Positions 26,738 through 37,047 of a stretch of DNA of 64,000 bases are shown here, one piece after another. The notes beneath the pieces were generated by a model. That model was not told the origin of the DNA and searched no databases. It saw nothing but the letters and a program-made list of their open reading frames with translations. The DNA comes from Rhodospirillaceae bacterium (GTDB lineage Bacteria > Pseudomonadota > Alphaproteobacteria > CACIAM-22H2), in the NCBI GenBank assembly GCA_027490975.1, contig JAIXXA010000132.1:17253-81252 (forward strand), given 5' to 3'. The position numbers and the translations under genes are program-made. The number at the start of each line of letters is the position of its first letter. The first letter of the stretch is position 1.

Positions 26738-28237
26738 ATGGCTGACCCCGCACTGCTGATCGGCAAAGGCGAAGACGCGGCATTGCTGCGCCTTGCCATG
26801 GCCAACCGCCACGGGCTGATTGCCGGCGCGACCGGAACCGGCAAGACCGTCACGCTGCGCGTAATGGCCGAGCTTTTGTCGGAAGCCGGCGTGCCCGTGT
26901 TCATGGCCGACATCAAAGGCGATCTCTCCGGCGTTGCGCAAGCGGGCGCGGCGAACGACAAATTCGCCGCACGCGCAGCCGAACTCGGCGCCGACGATTT
27001 CGAATTCGCGGCGAGCCCCGTGCTGTTCTGGGACGTGTTCGGCGAGGCGGGCCATCCGCTGCGCGCGACGATCTCGGAAATGGGCCCGCTGATGCTCGCG
27101 CGCCTGCTCGATCTCAACGAGATCCAGACCGGCGTGCTCAACATCGTGTTCAAGGCCGCCGACGACGAGGGGCTGCTGCTGCTCGATCTCAAGGATCTGC
27201 GCGCGATGCTGGCCCACGTGTCGCAGAACGCGGCCGACTACGCGGCCAAATACGGCAACGTCTCGCCGGCTTCGGTGGGGGCGATCCAGCGCGGGCTGCT
27301 CGCCCTCGAAACGCAAGGCGGCGACAAGTTCTTCGGCGAGCCCGCCGTCGCGATCGGCGACCTCTTGAGCGTCGACGGCAAAGGCCGCGGGGTCATCTCG
27401 ATCCTGGCGGCCGACCGGCTGATGCAGCGCCCGCTGCTCTACGCCACGTTCCTGCTGTGGCTGCTGTCCGAGCTCTACGAAAACCTGCCCGAGGCGGGCG
27501 ATCTTGCGAAGCCCAAGCTCGCCTTCTTTTTCGACGAGGCACACTTGCTGTTCGCCGATGCGCCCAAAGCCCTTGTCGAGCGCATCGAACTGGTGGTGCG
27601 ACTCATCCGCTCGAAGGGGGTCGGCGTCTATTTCTGCACGCAGAACGCGCTCGACCTGCCGGACAACGTGCTGGGCCAGCTCGGCAACCGCGTGCAGCAC
27701 GGGCTTCGCGCCTTCAGCCCGCGCGACCAGAAGACCCTGCGCGCGACGGCCGAAACCTTCCGCGCGCGCCCGGGCCTCGACACCGCCAAAGCATTGCAGG
27801 AACTCAGCGTCGGCGAAGCGATCATCTCGCTGCTCGACGAAAAGGGGTCGCCTGTGCCGGCGATGCGCGCGCGCATCTGCCCGCCGCGCACGCGGCTTGC
27901 ACCTTTGTCCGACGACGAGCGCCGGGCGACGATCGACCGCAGCGCTCTGTTCGGCAAATACGAAGACGCGACCGACCGCGTCTCGGCCTACGAACAGATC
28001 GCCCAGGCCAAAGAGGCCCAAGCCAAACCCGGCGGCGGCGGCGTCATCGGCGAAGCACTCGGGTCCATTCTGGGCGGCGGCACACGGCCGGGATCGGGGC
28101 CGGGCCGCGGGCGGCCGCAGAAATCGGTTGGCGAACAGGTTGCAGGCGCTATTGTGCGCTCGGTTGCAAGCTCGGTCGGCCGGCAGATCGGGACCGCAAT
28201 CGTGCGCGGCGTATTGGGTTCGATCCTCAAACGATGA
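26738..28237 (+). CDS. DUF853-family NTPase (HerA-like ATPase, YjgR-like)
   Basis: 499 aa. Walker A GATGTGKT, and LANRHGLIAGATGTGKTVTL...VPVFMADIKGDLSGVAQ closely matches the E. coli YjgR family. 28 nt downstream of gcrA. Confidence 0.85.
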   Translation: MADPALLIGKGEDAALLRLAMANRHGLIAGATGTGKTVTLRVMAELLSEAGVPVFMADIKGDLSGVAQAGAANDKFAARAAELGADDFEFAASPVLFWDVFGEAGHPLRATISEMGPLMLARLLDLNEIQTGVLNIVFKAADDEGLLLLDLKDLRAMLAHVSQNAADYAAKYGNVSPASVGAIQRGLLALETQGGDKFFGEPAVAIGDLLSVDGKGRGVISILAADRLMQRPLLYATFLLWLLSELYENLPEAGDLAKPKLAFFFDEAHLLFADAPKALVERIELVVRLIRSKGVGVYFCTQNALDLPDNVLGQLGNRVQHGLRAFSPRDQKTLRATAETFRARPGLDTAKALQELSVGEAIISLLDEKGSPVPAMRARICPPRTRLAPLSDDERRATIDRSALFGKYEDATDRVSAYEQIAQAKEAQAKPGGGGVIGEALGSILGGGTRPGSGPGRGRPQKSVGEQVAGAIVRSVASSVGRQIGTAIVRGVLGSILKR

Positions 28238-28767
28238 AACGTCTACTTCCGATTCTTCTGGCGGCAATCTTGTTTGCCGTCGCGGCACCCGCATTCGCGC
28301 AAACGGCGCCGCAGGGTGCTGTCGTGCGCGTCGGCCCCGACAACATGCCGACTTGCGCCGTTGCAGACGTGGCGTGCGCGGTGGCGCGCTTCTATGCCTG
28401 TGCGGCTGCCCAAGACGCCGCCTATTGCGCCGAACTCGGCCTTGCGGAAATTCCGAAACTCGTCGAAGCGCCGCAGCCGGTCGAGTTCGCGATCGAGCGC
28501 ACGAGCACCATCGCGGCCAAAGACGTCACCGACGATCTCAAACATCTGCCGTGGTTCCGCCCTGGTTTTCTGCTGGTCGAAGCGCAGGTGCGCCGCTGCC
28601 CTGCCGACGGCAGCTGCGAGGGCGAGGAATGGGACGATTGGCAGATCTATATTCGCCGCGACGAAGCGACGGCCCAGATCGTCTATTGGCGCGGCGACAG
28701 CGAGCCCGACCAACCGCCGGAAATTCCGGAGAGTTTTCGCGCCCCCGCCGCCGCCACGGCCGAATAA
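28234..28767 (+). CDS. Hypothetical secreted protein
   Basis: ATGA overlap with the DUF853 stop. Signal peptide (MKRLLPILLAAILFAVAAPAFA) and several Cys residues. No family recognised. Confidence 0.6.
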   Translation: MKRLLPILLAAILFAVAAPAFAQTAPQGAVVRVGPDNMPTCAVADVACAVARFYACAAAQDAAYCAELGLAEIPKLVEAPQPVEFAIERTSTIAAKDVTDDLKHLPWFRPGFLLVEAQVRRCPADGSCEGEEWDDWQIYIRRDEATAQIVYWRGDSEPDQPPEIPESFRAPAAATAE

Positions 28768-28956
28768 AACCAGCCGAATAAAAGCGGCAATTTGCAGAGG
28801 CTTGGCGTAAGTTTGCCGGACAAGCCGGGTCCGTTCTGTTGCCCGGCGGCCACAGTTCCGAGGTTCCATCGTGACCGACCCGAATAAGAGCGCCAAGGGC
28901 GCGTTGTGCTTGTGTCGAACGGCTGCTTTCGGCGGCCTCGCAAGCGGAGCGCTTTC

Positions 28957-29493
28957 GTGAACGACGAAACGCTCAAGCAACTGCGCGCCGAAATGGTCGA
29001 ATTGCTGCCCCGGCTGCGGCGCTTTGCGCGCGGGCTCGCCGGAGCGCCCGACCAGGCCGACGATCTGGTGCAGTCCGCGTGCGAACGCGCCCTGGCCCGG
29101 ATCGACCAGTACCAGCCGGGTACAAGGCTCGACAGCTGGATGTTCCGCATCGTCCAAACCATCTATCTGGACGACCGGCGAGCGGTCAAGGTGCGCACCG
29201 GCGAAGGCCGGATCGACGCAAGCTTGGTCGAAGACGAACTTGCTTTCGACGGCGGACGCGGCCTGGAAGCGCACATGACCTACGAAGCCGTGCGCGCCGC
29301 GATCGCCCAACTGCCCGAGGAGCAACGCGTGGTGCTGACATTCGTTTGCATCGAAGGCCAGAGCTACAAGGAAGCCGCAGCGTCGCTGGGGATTCCGATC
29401 GGCACGGTGATGAGCCGCCTTGCGCGCGCGCGTGCGGCCCTTGCCAAGCGCATGGGCGAAAGCGGCGCGTCGCTTGCGGCCCCTGCCGAATAG
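28957..29493 (+). CDS. ECF (sigma-70 family group IV) RNA polymerase sigma factor
   Basis: GTG at 28957 after GGAG. Region 2 (DDLVQSACERALARIDQY...WMFRIVQTIYLDDRR) and region 4 HTH (QRVVLTFVCIEGQSYKEAAASLGIPIGTVMSRLARAR). Confidence 0.8.
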   Translation: MNDETLKQLRAEMVELLPRLRRFARGLAGAPDQADDLVQSACERALARIDQYQPGTRLDSWMFRIVQTIYLDDRRAVKVRTGEGRIDASLVEDELAFDGGRGLEAHMTYEAVRAAIAQLPEEQRVVLTFVCIEGQSYKEAAASLGIPIGTVMSRLARARAALAKRMGESGASLAAPAE

Positions 29494-29514
29494 AAGAGAA
29501 GGAAGACCGCCGCC

Positions 29515-30579
29515 ATGAACCAAGCCCGTTTCGACGACGAAAGTCTGATGCGCTATGCCGACGGCACGGCCGCGTCCGACGAAGTGTCGGCGATCGAAGC
29601 GGCCATGCACGGCGACGCTTCGTTGGTGCGGCGCGTGGCGATGTTCCGCCAAACCGCGGCCTTGGCGCATGCCGCCATGAACGAAGTGCTGCTCGAGCCA
29701 GTGCCCCAGCGCCTCATCGACACGGTGCTGCGTGCGCCCGCCGCGCAGAAGACCGCGATCGACGACGAAACGCTGATGGCCTATGCCGACGGCGCCCTCG
29801 ATGCCGCGGCCGCAGCGCGCGTTGCAGCGCGTGCGGCCGGCGACCGCGACACGGCCGCGCGCATCGCGATGTTCCGGCAGACCGGCGCAATGGCGCGTGC
29901 GGCTTTCGCGCCGGTTCTCGACGAGCCGGTGCCGGCCCGCCTCGTGGCCGCGATCCAGAACACAAAAGCGCCAACCAATCTCGTCGCGTTCGCGCCCAAA
30001 TCCGCCGCACGCGCGAAGACGCGCACCTGGGCGGGGGCGGCGATCGCGGCCTCGCTGCTGCTGTTCGTGGGCCTGGGTGCCGGCGGCGTGTTCACGGGCA
30101 GGCTCGATCCGGTGCTGGGCGGCCTCCAGCTTGCGTCGAGCGACCGCTGGCTTGAGAACGTGGCGGGCTTCTACGCGGTGGCCGAAGCCACGCAAGCCAG
30201 CGAAGGCCGCTTGCTCGTGGATTTCACGGCCGCCGACGTGCCCGAACTCGGCAAGTGGTTCGGCGCCAAGCTCAACCGCAATCTCGCCATTCCCGATCTG
30301 GCGCCCCACGGCTTCGAGTTGCAGGGCGGGCGCATGGTAATCGTCGGCGGCCGGCCTGCGGCCCAGCTCATCTACACCAACAGCGCCAACGAGATGGTCG
30401 GCCTCGTGATCGCCTTCTCGCAATTCAGCGAACGCGGGGCGCGCAACGAAGCGCGCCAGGGCGTCAATCTCGTGCACTGGCATCGCGGCGGCTACGGCTA
30501 CGCCTTCGCCGGCCGCATCGCCCCCGACCGCCTCAAGGCGCTTGCCGACCAGGCCTGGAACGACCTCGAAGCGATTTGA
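29515..30579 (+). CDS. Anti-sigma factor with tandemly duplicated N-terminal cytoplasmic domain, one TM helix and a periplasmic domain
   Basis: Directly downstream of the ECF sigma. Two copies of a DDE[ST]LM.YADG...AMFRQT...VL.EPVP.RL module (aa 7-70 and 84-150), TM helix WAGAAIAASLLLFVGLGAG, then a periplasmic C-terminal domain. Confidence 0.75.
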   Translation: MNQARFDDESLMRYADGTAASDEVSAIEAAMHGDASLVRRVAMFRQTAALAHAAMNEVLLEPVPQRLIDTVLRAPAAQKTAIDDETLMAYADGALDAAAAARVAARAAGDRDTAARIAMFRQTGAMARAAFAPVLDEPVPARLVAAIQNTKAPTNLVAFAPKSAARAKTRTWAGAAIAASLLLFVGLGAGGVFTGRLDPVLGGLQLASSDRWLENVAGFYAVAEATQASEGRLLVDFTAADVPELGKWFGAKLNRNLAIPDLAPHGFELQGGRMVIVGGRPAAQLIYTNSANEMVGLVIAFSQFSERGARNEARQGVNLVHWHRGGYGYAFAGRIAPDRLKALADQAWNDLEAI

Positions 30580-30585
30580 CGGCGT

Positions 30586-32046
30586 TCAGCGCTGGCCGAG
30601 CAGGGGGTCCGTGAAGGTCGCGTAGGCGTGGAAGAAGCGGTAGATGTTGGCGACGTAGGCTACCGTCTCGTCGCCCACGCTCTGCTGCACGACGCGCTCC
30701 ACATTGCCGAACCAGCTGTTGGGATCGAGGCCTTGCGCGCGCGCGCGCGCGCGCAGGCGCTGGATGCGGTTGGGGCCCGCATTGTAGGCGGCGATCGCGA
30801 ACAGGATGCGCTGCGAGGGCTCGATCTCGGGATCGTTGAAATAGCGGTCGCGGATGCGCGCCATGTAGGCGATGCCGGCGGCGACGTTGGTTTCTTCCTC
30901 GCCGATGTCGGCGAACCCGATCTCGGCGGCCGTCGGCGCCATCAGCTGCATGATGCCGATCGCGCCTACCGGGCTGCGCGCCTGCTGGTCGAGCCGCGAT
31001 TCCTGGAAACCTTGGGCGGCCATCAGCATCCAGTCGAAACCGTGCGTGTCGGCATGGGCGCGAAAATAGGACGAGAGCCTTGCAAGCTTGGCGCGCTCGT
31101 CGCCGGCCAGCGGATTGGCGAGGCTGCGCACGCTCTGGAAATACTGGCTCAGCAGCTGCGCGTCGCTGGCGGGCTTGGCCTTCTGTCGCCGCGCAAAAAA
31201 CGCGTCGGCGGCAGCGCGCAGCGCTTTGTCGCCCGGCCGAAAGCCCCAGGCGATGGAACCGCCTTGCGCGATCTTCACGTTCGTCGTCGCGATGTTCGGC
31301 AGCACGCGCGTCCACAGGGCGGCCAGATGCGAGTCGACGACCGTGATGTCGAAAATGCCGGCCGAGACCATCTCGAGCTTGTCCTCGTCGGCAAGAACAG
31401 GATCGAGCGCCGCGATTTCGATCGGGGCGCGGCCCTCGGCGACAAAGCGGCGGTTGAGGGCCTGCAGATGCTCGTAGTAGCTCGTGGCAACGCGCACCGA
31501 CAGGCGGCGACCGGCCAGATCCTCGAGCGTGCGCGGCGCATCGGCGCCCGAACGCGCGACGATCACCTCGTCGACATTGCGCAGATAGGGGCGCGAAAAA
31601 CCGATCTGGGCGCTGCGCGTCGGCGTGACCGTCATGCCCGAGGCGATCACGTCGCCGCGCCCGGCGAGCAGCGCCGGGATCAGATCCTCGAAGGCGAGCG
31701 GCACGAACAGCACGCGGATCTGCGGCTGGCCGCGCTTGCGCTCGCGATTGAGGTAGCGCGCGAATTCGTGCGCGAGCTCGGCTTCGAACCCGCGCACCTC
31801 GCCGCGCACGAGCTGGAAATCGGTGCGCGTCGGCGCGACCAGCACGCGCAGCATGCCGCGCTTGCGGATCTCGGCAAGGTCGCCCGTATGGCGCAGGTCC
31901 GAAAGATCGAGCAGTTCCGAGCCGTCGGGCAGTTCTTCCTCGATTTCGGCGTCCGGCTTCTGCGCAAAGGCGACTGCGACCGGCGCGAACAGCACGATCG
32001 CGGCGGCGAGCACAACGCGGCAAGTCGCAGAGATGCGCGGCAGCAT
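30586..32046 (-). CDS. MltF-like membrane-bound lytic murein transglycosylase (solute-binding domain + SLT domain)
   Basis: 486 aa. Signal peptide, SBP_bac_3-like region, and C-terminal SLT catalytic region (GAIGIMQLMAPTA...AYNAGPNRI). Confidence 0.85.
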   Translation of the reverse strand: MLPRISATCRVVLAAAIVLFAPVAVAFAQKPDAEIEEELPDGSELLDLSDLRHTGDLAEIRKRGMLRVLVAPTRTDFQLVRGEVRGFEAELAHEFARYLNRERKRGQPQIRVLFVPLAFEDLIPALLAGRGDVIASGMTVTPTRSAQIGFSRPYLRNVDEVIVARSGADAPRTLEDLAGRRLSVRVATSYYEHLQALNRRFVAEGRAPIEIAALDPVLADEDKLEMVSAGIFDITVVDSHLAALWTRVLPNIATTNVKIAQGGSIAWGFRPGDKALRAAADAFFARRQKAKPASDAQLLSQYFQSVRSLANPLAGDERAKLARLSSYFRAHADTHGFDWMLMAAQGFQESRLDQQARSPVGAIGIMQLMAPTAAEIGFADIGEEETNVAAGIAYMARIRDRYFNDPEIEPSQRILFAIAAYNAGPNRIQRLRARARAQGLDPNSWFGNVERVVQQSVGDETVAYVANIYRFFHAYATFTDPLLGQR

Positions 32047-32055
32047 GGCCGGCCT

Positions 32056-32787
32056 CTATCCCGCCAGCGCTTGCGCGATGTCCGCCGGGCGGTCGGTGAT
32101 GATGCTGTCCACCCCCCAGGCGACGAGTTCGCGCGCGCGCGCCGGCTCGTTGACGGTCCACACGAGCGCTTTGAACCCCGCTTCCTTGACGTCGCGCACA
32201 AGCTGGCGCGTGAGATGTTTCCATCCCGGATGGATCGCGATGCACCCGAGCGCCTCGGCCTCCGTGCGCCAGCTGCGGCCGAGCTCTTCGGCCAAATAGC
32301 CGCGCGGCAAGGAAGGTGCCGAAGCCTGTGCCGCCGCCAGCGCCTCGCGCTTGAAGCTCGAGACGATGGGCGTGGGGCCGCGCCAATGGGCAAGCACGGA
32401 CGCGCAAGCGCGTTCGGCCGTTTCGGCTTCGCGGCCCGGACAGGGTTTGATTTCGATGTTGAAGCCCATGCCGAGGCTTGCCATCAGCGCCATGGCTTCT
32501 TCGAGCGTGGGGACGGTTTCGCCCTTGAACGCGGGCCCGAACCAAGCGCCCGCATCGAGCTTCTTTATTTCGGCGAGCGTGGCCTCGGCAACCGGGCCTT
32601 TGCCGTTGCTGGTACGGTCGAGCGTTTCGTCGTGCATCAGCACGACTGCGTTGTCTTTGGTGAGTTTGGCGTCGAATTCGATCCAGGCCGCACCTTCGTC
32701 GTAGGCACGGCGAATGGCGACGAGCGTGTTTTCGGGCGCGTTGGCTTTCGCACCACGATGGCCGACGATGCGGGGCGGGTTGGGCAT
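32056..32787 (-). CDS. Glycerophosphodiester phosphodiesterase (GDPD/UgpQ family)
   Basis: IVGHRGAKANAPENT...IEFDAKLTKDNAVVLMHDETLDRTSNG catalytic motifs. Start taken at MPNPPRIVGH (32787) because the pnp terminator hairpin overlaps the longer 32814 start. Confidence 0.85.
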   Translation of the reverse strand: MPNPPRIVGHRGAKANAPENTLVAIRRAYDEGAAWIEFDAKLTKDNAVVLMHDETLDRTSNGKGPVAEATLAEIKKLDAGAWFGPAFKGETVPTLEEAMALMASLGMGFNIEIKPCPGREAETAERACASVLAHWRGPTPIVSSFKREALAAAQASAPSLPRGYLAEELGRSWRTEAEALGCIAIHPGWKHLTRQLVRDVKEAGFKALVWTVNEPARARELVAWGVDSIITDRPADIAQALAG

Positions 32788-32811
32788 CGAGAGCGATCCT
32801 AAGGGGAGGGT

Positions 32812-32850
32812 CAAAAGAAAAACCCCGCCAGAGCGAACGCTCCGGCGGGG
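32812..32850 (-). terminator. Rho-independent terminator downstream of pnp (stem CCCCGCC...GGCGGGG followed by U-tract)
   Basis: Minus-strand reading: CCCCGCCGGAGCGTTCGCTCTGGCGGGGTTTTTCTTTT, immediately after the pnp stop at 32884. Confidence 0.6.
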
Positions 32851-32883
32851 CCTGGTCGGTTCAGAAGGCGCGCATCCCGAAGC

Positions 32884-35019
32884 CTATTCGGCCGAAGGCG
32901 CCGGCTTCTTGTCGAACTGGTCGGAGATGTCGGCACCCGTCGCCTGGTCGACGCGGCGCATCGACAGCTTGACCTTGCCGCGGTCGTCGAAGCCGATGAG
33001 CTTGACCTTGACCGAATCGCCGACCTTGACCACGTCGCCGGTCTTCTCGACGCGGCGCGGGGCCAGTTCGGAGATGTGGACGAGGCCGTCCTTCGAGCCC
33101 ATGAAGTTCACGAAAGCGCCGAAATCCATGATCTTGACGACCTTGCCCGTGTAGATGGCGCCCATTTCGGGTTCCGACACGATGCCCTTGATCCAGTCGA
33201 TCGCCTTCTTGGCGTTTTCTTCCGAGACCGAAGCGACCTTGATCGTGCCGTCGTCTTCGATGTCGATCTTGCAGCCCGTCTGTTCGACGATCTCGCGGAT
33301 GACCTTGCCGCCAGTGCCGATGACTTCGCGGATCTTGTCCTTCGGCACCTGGAAGGTGGTGATGCGCGGCGCGTTCTTCGAGACTTCCTGGCGCGGGTCG
33401 TTGAGACCCTTGGCCATTTCGCCCAGAATATGCAGGCGCCCGTCCTTGGCCTGGCCAAGGGCGATCTTCATGATGTTCTCGTCGATCGACGTGATCTTGA
33501 GGTCCATCTGCAGGGCGGTGACGCCCTTTTCCGTGCCGGCCACTTTGAAGTCCATGTCGCCGAGATGGTCTTCGTCGCCGAGGATGTCCGTGAGCACGGC
33601 AAAGGCGCGGTCTTCCTTGATGAGACCCATCGCAATGCCGGCCACCGGGCGCGGCAGCGGCACGCCCGCATCCATCATGGCAAGCGACGTGCCGCACACG
33701 GTCGCCATCGAGGACGAACCGTTCGACTCGGTGATCTCCGACACGACGCGGATCGTGTAGGGGAACTTGTCCTTGGGCGGCAGCAACGGGCGGATCGCGC
33801 GCCAGGCGAGCTTGCCGTGGCCGATTTCGCGGCGGCCGGGCGAACCCATGCGCTTGGCTTCGCCGACCGAGTAGGGCGGGAAATTGTAGTGCAGCATGAA
33901 GTGTTCGCGATACTCGCCTTCGAGCGCGTCGATGATCTGCTCGTCGTCGCCCGTGCCGAGCGTGGCCACGACCAGCGCCTGGGTTTCGCCGCGCGTGAAC
34001 AGGGCCGAGCCGTGCGTGCGCGGCAGGAAGCCCACTTCCGTCACGATCGGGCGCACCGTCTTGGTGTCGCGCCCGTCGATGCGCCGGCCCGTGTCCAGGA
34101 TGTTGTCGCGCACGACCTTGGCTTCAAGTTCCTCGAACAGGCCGCCGAACACGGCGGCTTCTTCCGGGATTTCCTTCACGGTCGCAAGGGCCGCGGCCTT
34201 GACGGCGGCAACCTTGTCGCGGCGCGCGAACTTGACGGGTTCGGCATAGGCCTTGCCGAGATCGCCCGCAAACGCCGCGATCTTGGTTTTGACGGATGCG
34301 GCAACCGGCGAGGCTTGCGTGAGCGGCCACGGATCCTTGGCGGCCGTTTCGGCGAGCGCGATGATGAGATCGATGACCGGCTGGAACGCGCGGTGGCCGA
34401 ACATCACGGCCCCCAGCATCGTCTCTTCCGTCAGTTCCTTGGCCTGCGATTCGACCATCAGCACGCCGTCCTTGGTGCCGGCCACGACGAGATCGAGATC
34501 ACTCGCCTCGAGATCGGTCTGCAGCGGATTGAGACGGAACTCGCCGTTGTAGACGCCGACGCGCGCAGCGCCGATCGGGCCCATGAACGGAATGCCCGAG
34601 ATCGTGAGCGCGGCCGAACAGCCGACCATCGCGACGATATCGGGATCGTTTTCGAGATCGTGGCTCAGCACGGTCGCGATGACCTGCACTTCGTTGCGGA
34701 AGCCCTCGGGGAACAGCGGACGCACCGGACGGTCGATCAGGCGCGAGACCAGCGTTTCCTTTTCCGTCGGGCGGCCTTCGCGCTTGAAGAAGCCGCCGGG
34801 GATCTTGCCGGCCGCGAAGGTCTTTTCCTGGTAGTGGACGGTCAGCGGGAAGAAATCTTGGCCGGGCTTCGCCGATTTGGCGCCCACGACCGTGCACAGC
34901 ACGACCGTATCGCCGTAGGTGGCCATCACGGCCCCGTCGGCCTGGCGCGCGATCTTGCCGGTTTCGAGGACGAGCTTGCGCCCGCCCCACATCATTTCCT
35001 TGCGAACGACGTCGAACAT
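32884..35019 (-). CDS. pnp: Polynucleotide phosphorylase (polyribonucleotide nucleotidyltransferase)
   Basis: Start [31 protein letters not shown] at 35019. Two RNase PH domains, KH, and S1 ([15 protein letters not shown]) domains. Highly conserved. Confidence 0.95.
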   Translation of the reverse strand: MFDVVRKEMMWGGRKLVLETGKIARQADGAVMATYGDTVVLCTVVGAKSAKPGQDFFPLTVHYQEKTFAAGKIPGGFFKREGRPTEKETLVSRLIDRPVRPLFPEGFRNEVQVIATVLSHDLENDPDIVAMVGCSAALTISGIPFMGPIGAARVGVYNGEFRLNPLQTDLEASDLDLVVAGTKDGVLMVESQAKELTEETMLGAVMFGHRAFQPVIDLIIALAETAAKDPWPLTQASPVAASVKTKIAAFAGDLGKAYAEPVKFARRDKVAAVKAAALATVKEIPEEAAVFGGLFEELEAKVVRDNILDTGRRIDGRDTKTVRPIVTEVGFLPRTHGSALFTRGETQALVVATLGTGDDEQIIDALEGEYREHFMLHYNFPPYSVGEAKRMGSPGRREIGHGKLAWRAIRPLLPPKDKFPYTIRVVSEITESNGSSSMATVCGTSLAMMDAGVPLPRPVAGIAMGLIKEDRAFAVLTDILGDEDHLGDMDFKVAGTEKGVTALQMDLKITSIDENIMKIALGQAKDGRLHILGEMAKGLNDPRQEVSKNAPRITTFQVPKDKIREVIGTGGKVIREIVEQTGCKIDIEDDGTIKVASVSEENAKKAIDWIKGIVSEPEMGAIYTGKVVKIMDFGAFVNFMGSKDGLVHISELAPRRVEKTGDVVKVGDSVKVKLIGFDDRGKVKLSMRRVDQATGADISDQFDKKPAPSAE

Positions 35020-35213
35020 GGAATTACTCTCTTTCTTTCTGCCGCGTACGGACCCGCCGACGCGCATCCCGTGATGCGCGCGACGTGGCGACGGTTGCGA
35101 AAGCCCGGATGGCCCTCGCCCCAACCGGCGCCGCCCCTGTCGATCGGGACGTCGAATATGGGTTGCGCGGCGTCGTACGACGGACCGCCGCGCGGGGTGT
35201 TTGGCTGGAATCG

Positions 35214-35270
35214 GAAAAAAGCGCGCGCCGCATCTGCCCCGGCTTCGGGTACAGACGCCGCGCGCGCTTC
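35214..35270 (-). terminator. rpsO terminator / pnp leader GC-rich hairpin followed by U-tract
   Basis: Minus-strand GCGCGCGCGGCG...CGGCGCGCGCTTTTTTCC directly downstream of the rpsO stop. In E. coli the equivalent rpsO-pnp intergenic hairpins are the rpsO terminator and the RNase III autoregulation site (established knowledge, by analogy). Confidence 0.5.
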
Positions 35271-35298
35271 GGTCGGTGGAAGGTCAAGCAGTCGGCTT

Positions 35299-35568
35299 TT
35301 AGCGACGCAGGTCGAGGCGCCCGATCAGCGTCTCGTAGCGCTTCTTGTCTTTCGACTTCAAATAGTCGAGCAGCGAGCGACGCTGGCCGACCATCATCAG
35401 CAGGCCGCGGCGCGAATGGAAATCCTTCTTGTGCGTCGTCAGATGCTCGGACAGTTCCTTGATGCGCTCCGACAGGAGGGCAACCTGGACTTCCGGCGAA
35501 CCCGTGTCGCCCTTCTTGACGGCATAGGCTTCGACGATTTCGGTCTTGCGTGCGGCGTTCATCGACAT
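35299..35568 (-). CDS. rpsO: 30S ribosomal protein S15
   Basis: 89 aa [43 protein letters not shown]... with AAGGAGAGA RBS. The track ORF is N-terminally over-extended. Confidence 0.95.
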   Translation of the reverse strand: MSMNAARKTEIVEAYAVKKGDTGSPEVQVALLSERIKELSEHLTTHKKDFHSRRGLLMMVGQRRSLLDYLKSKDKKRYETLIGRLDLRR

Positions 35569-35585
35569 CGGTCTCTCCTTGGACC

Positions 35586-36494
35586 CTAGAGGTTGAAGAC
35601 GCGCGTGGGGCGCAAAGTCGCACCGTCGGACGCTGCAAGTGCGACCAGCTTGCCGTCGCAAAAGACGACGAGCACGGGCGCCTCGAGCGGGGATGGTTCC
35701 ACGCGGGGGTCTCGCAAAGCCTGGCCCCTTCGAAGGGCGGCGGCTTGTTCCACGGTCACGGCCAGAGCCGGGATGTCGTCCAGCACGGTCTCGACCGGGG
35801 CGAGGGCCCCAAAGCGGGCGGGACTATGCCCAAAACCCTCCAGTTTTTCCAGGGAAATCGCGGCCGCGAGGCGGAATCGCCCGACCGCCGTGCGCCGCAG
35901 TTCCGTCACATGGGCGCAAGTCCCCAGGGCAAGCGCCAGATCGCGGCCAAGGCTGCGCACATACATGCCCTTGCCGCTGGCGACCCGGAACCGCGCGCCA
36001 TCAGCATCCGCTGCCCCCAGATATTCGAGCTTGTGGATCAAGACCTTGCGCGATTCCATCGCGACGTCTTCGCCGGCCCTTGCGCGCGCATAAGCGCGCT
36101 CGCCGTCGATTTTGATGGCCGAATAGACCGGCGGAGTCTGGTCGATCTGGCCGACAAAGCGGCCCAGAACGCCCGCAATCTGGGTGTCTGTCGGGCGAAT
36201 GTCGGAGGTGGCGACAACCGCCCCTTCGCGGTCGTCGGTCGCCGTCGCCGCCCCCCAGCGCACGGCAAATTCGTATTCTTTGTCGCCGTCCACAAGATAG
36301 GGCAGCGTCTTGGTGGCCTCGCCAAGGGCGATCGGCAGCACGCCCGTGGCCAGCGGATCCAGCGTGCCGGCATGCCCACCTTTGGCCGCGTTGTAGACGC
36401 GCCGCACGCGGCCGAGCGCTTGGGTCGAAGACAGGCCGAGCGGTTTGTCGAGCAGCACCCAGCCGTCGATTTTGTCGCGTTTGGCGCTGCTCAC
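35586..36494 (-). CDS. truB: tRNA pseudouridine(55) synthase TruB
   Basis: GTG at 36494 overlapping the rbfA stop by 4 nt. [13 protein letters not shown]...[22 protein letters not shown] catalytic Asp motif. Confidence 0.85.
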   Translation of the reverse strand: MSSAKRDKIDGWVLLDKPLGLSSTQALGRVRRVYNAAKGGHAGTLDPLATGVLPIALGEATKTLPYLVDGDKEYEFAVRWGAATATDDREGAVVATSDIRPTDTQIAGVLGRFVGQIDQTPPVYSAIKIDGERAYARARAGEDVAMESRKVLIHKLEYLGAADADGARFRVASGKGMYVRSLGRDLALALGTCAHVTELRRTAVGRFRLAAAISLEKLEGFGHSPARFGALAPVETVLDDIPALAVTVEQAAALRRGQALRDPRVEPSPLEAPVLVVFCDGKLVALAASDGATLRPTRVFNL

Positions 36495-36934
36495 GCTTTT
36501 TTCTTGGTCCGGCGCTTGGGTGCCGGCTTCTCCGGCGGCGGCGGCGAAATGTCGGCGGCGACCTTGGGATCGCGCAAGGCGCGATCGATGCGCTCGGCAT
36601 AGTCGAACGAGGTGTCGCGCTGGAAATGCCATTCGGGCGCCACGCGCAGATCCACGCGCCTTGCGATCTCGCCGCGGATATAGGCGCGCGCCCGGCCGAG
36701 TGCCGCAATGGCGGGCTCGGCCCCGACGCTGCCGAGCGTGGTCACGAACGCGGTCGCGTGTTTGAGGTCGGGCGCGACGCGCACTTCGCCGATCGTGATG
36801 CTGAGCGTGTCCTGCAGATCGGGATCGCGGAAATGCCCGTCGCGCAGCACCTCGATGAGGGCGCGGCGCAAAGCTTCGCCCACGCGCAATTGGCGCTGCG
36901 AGGCCCCTTCGCTCGAATGTCCGTCACGTTTCAT
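36491..36934 (-). CDS. rbfA: Ribosome-binding factor A
   Basis: Start MKRDGHSSEGASQRQLRVGEALRRALIEVL at 36934. RbfA KH-like fold sequence with a basic C-terminal tail. Confidence 0.9.
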   Translation of the reverse strand: MKRDGHSSEGASQRQLRVGEALRRALIEVLRDGHFRDPDLQDTLSITIGEVRVAPDLKHATAFVTTLGSVGAEPAIAALGRARAYIRGEIARRVDLRVAPEWHFQRDTSFDYAERIDRALRDPKVAADISPPPPEKPAPKRRTKKKA

Positions 36935-37047
36935 GGCCGTCCTTTTAGCCCAAATGCGCGCAAGCGCAAAGCGGCCGGGCGGCGATTGACAGGCCGTATC
37001 TCGCTTGGTACCGTCTTTAGGGTGTATCAATATGGGGGATACATACA

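Noticed and set aside
28768-28956. Autoregulated ECF promoter (GGAAC...CGTT type) upstream of the sigma factor
   Set aside because: A GAAC element exists (tcGAACgg, about 28918), but no convincing -10 CGT motif at the correct spacing was found. Left unannotated.
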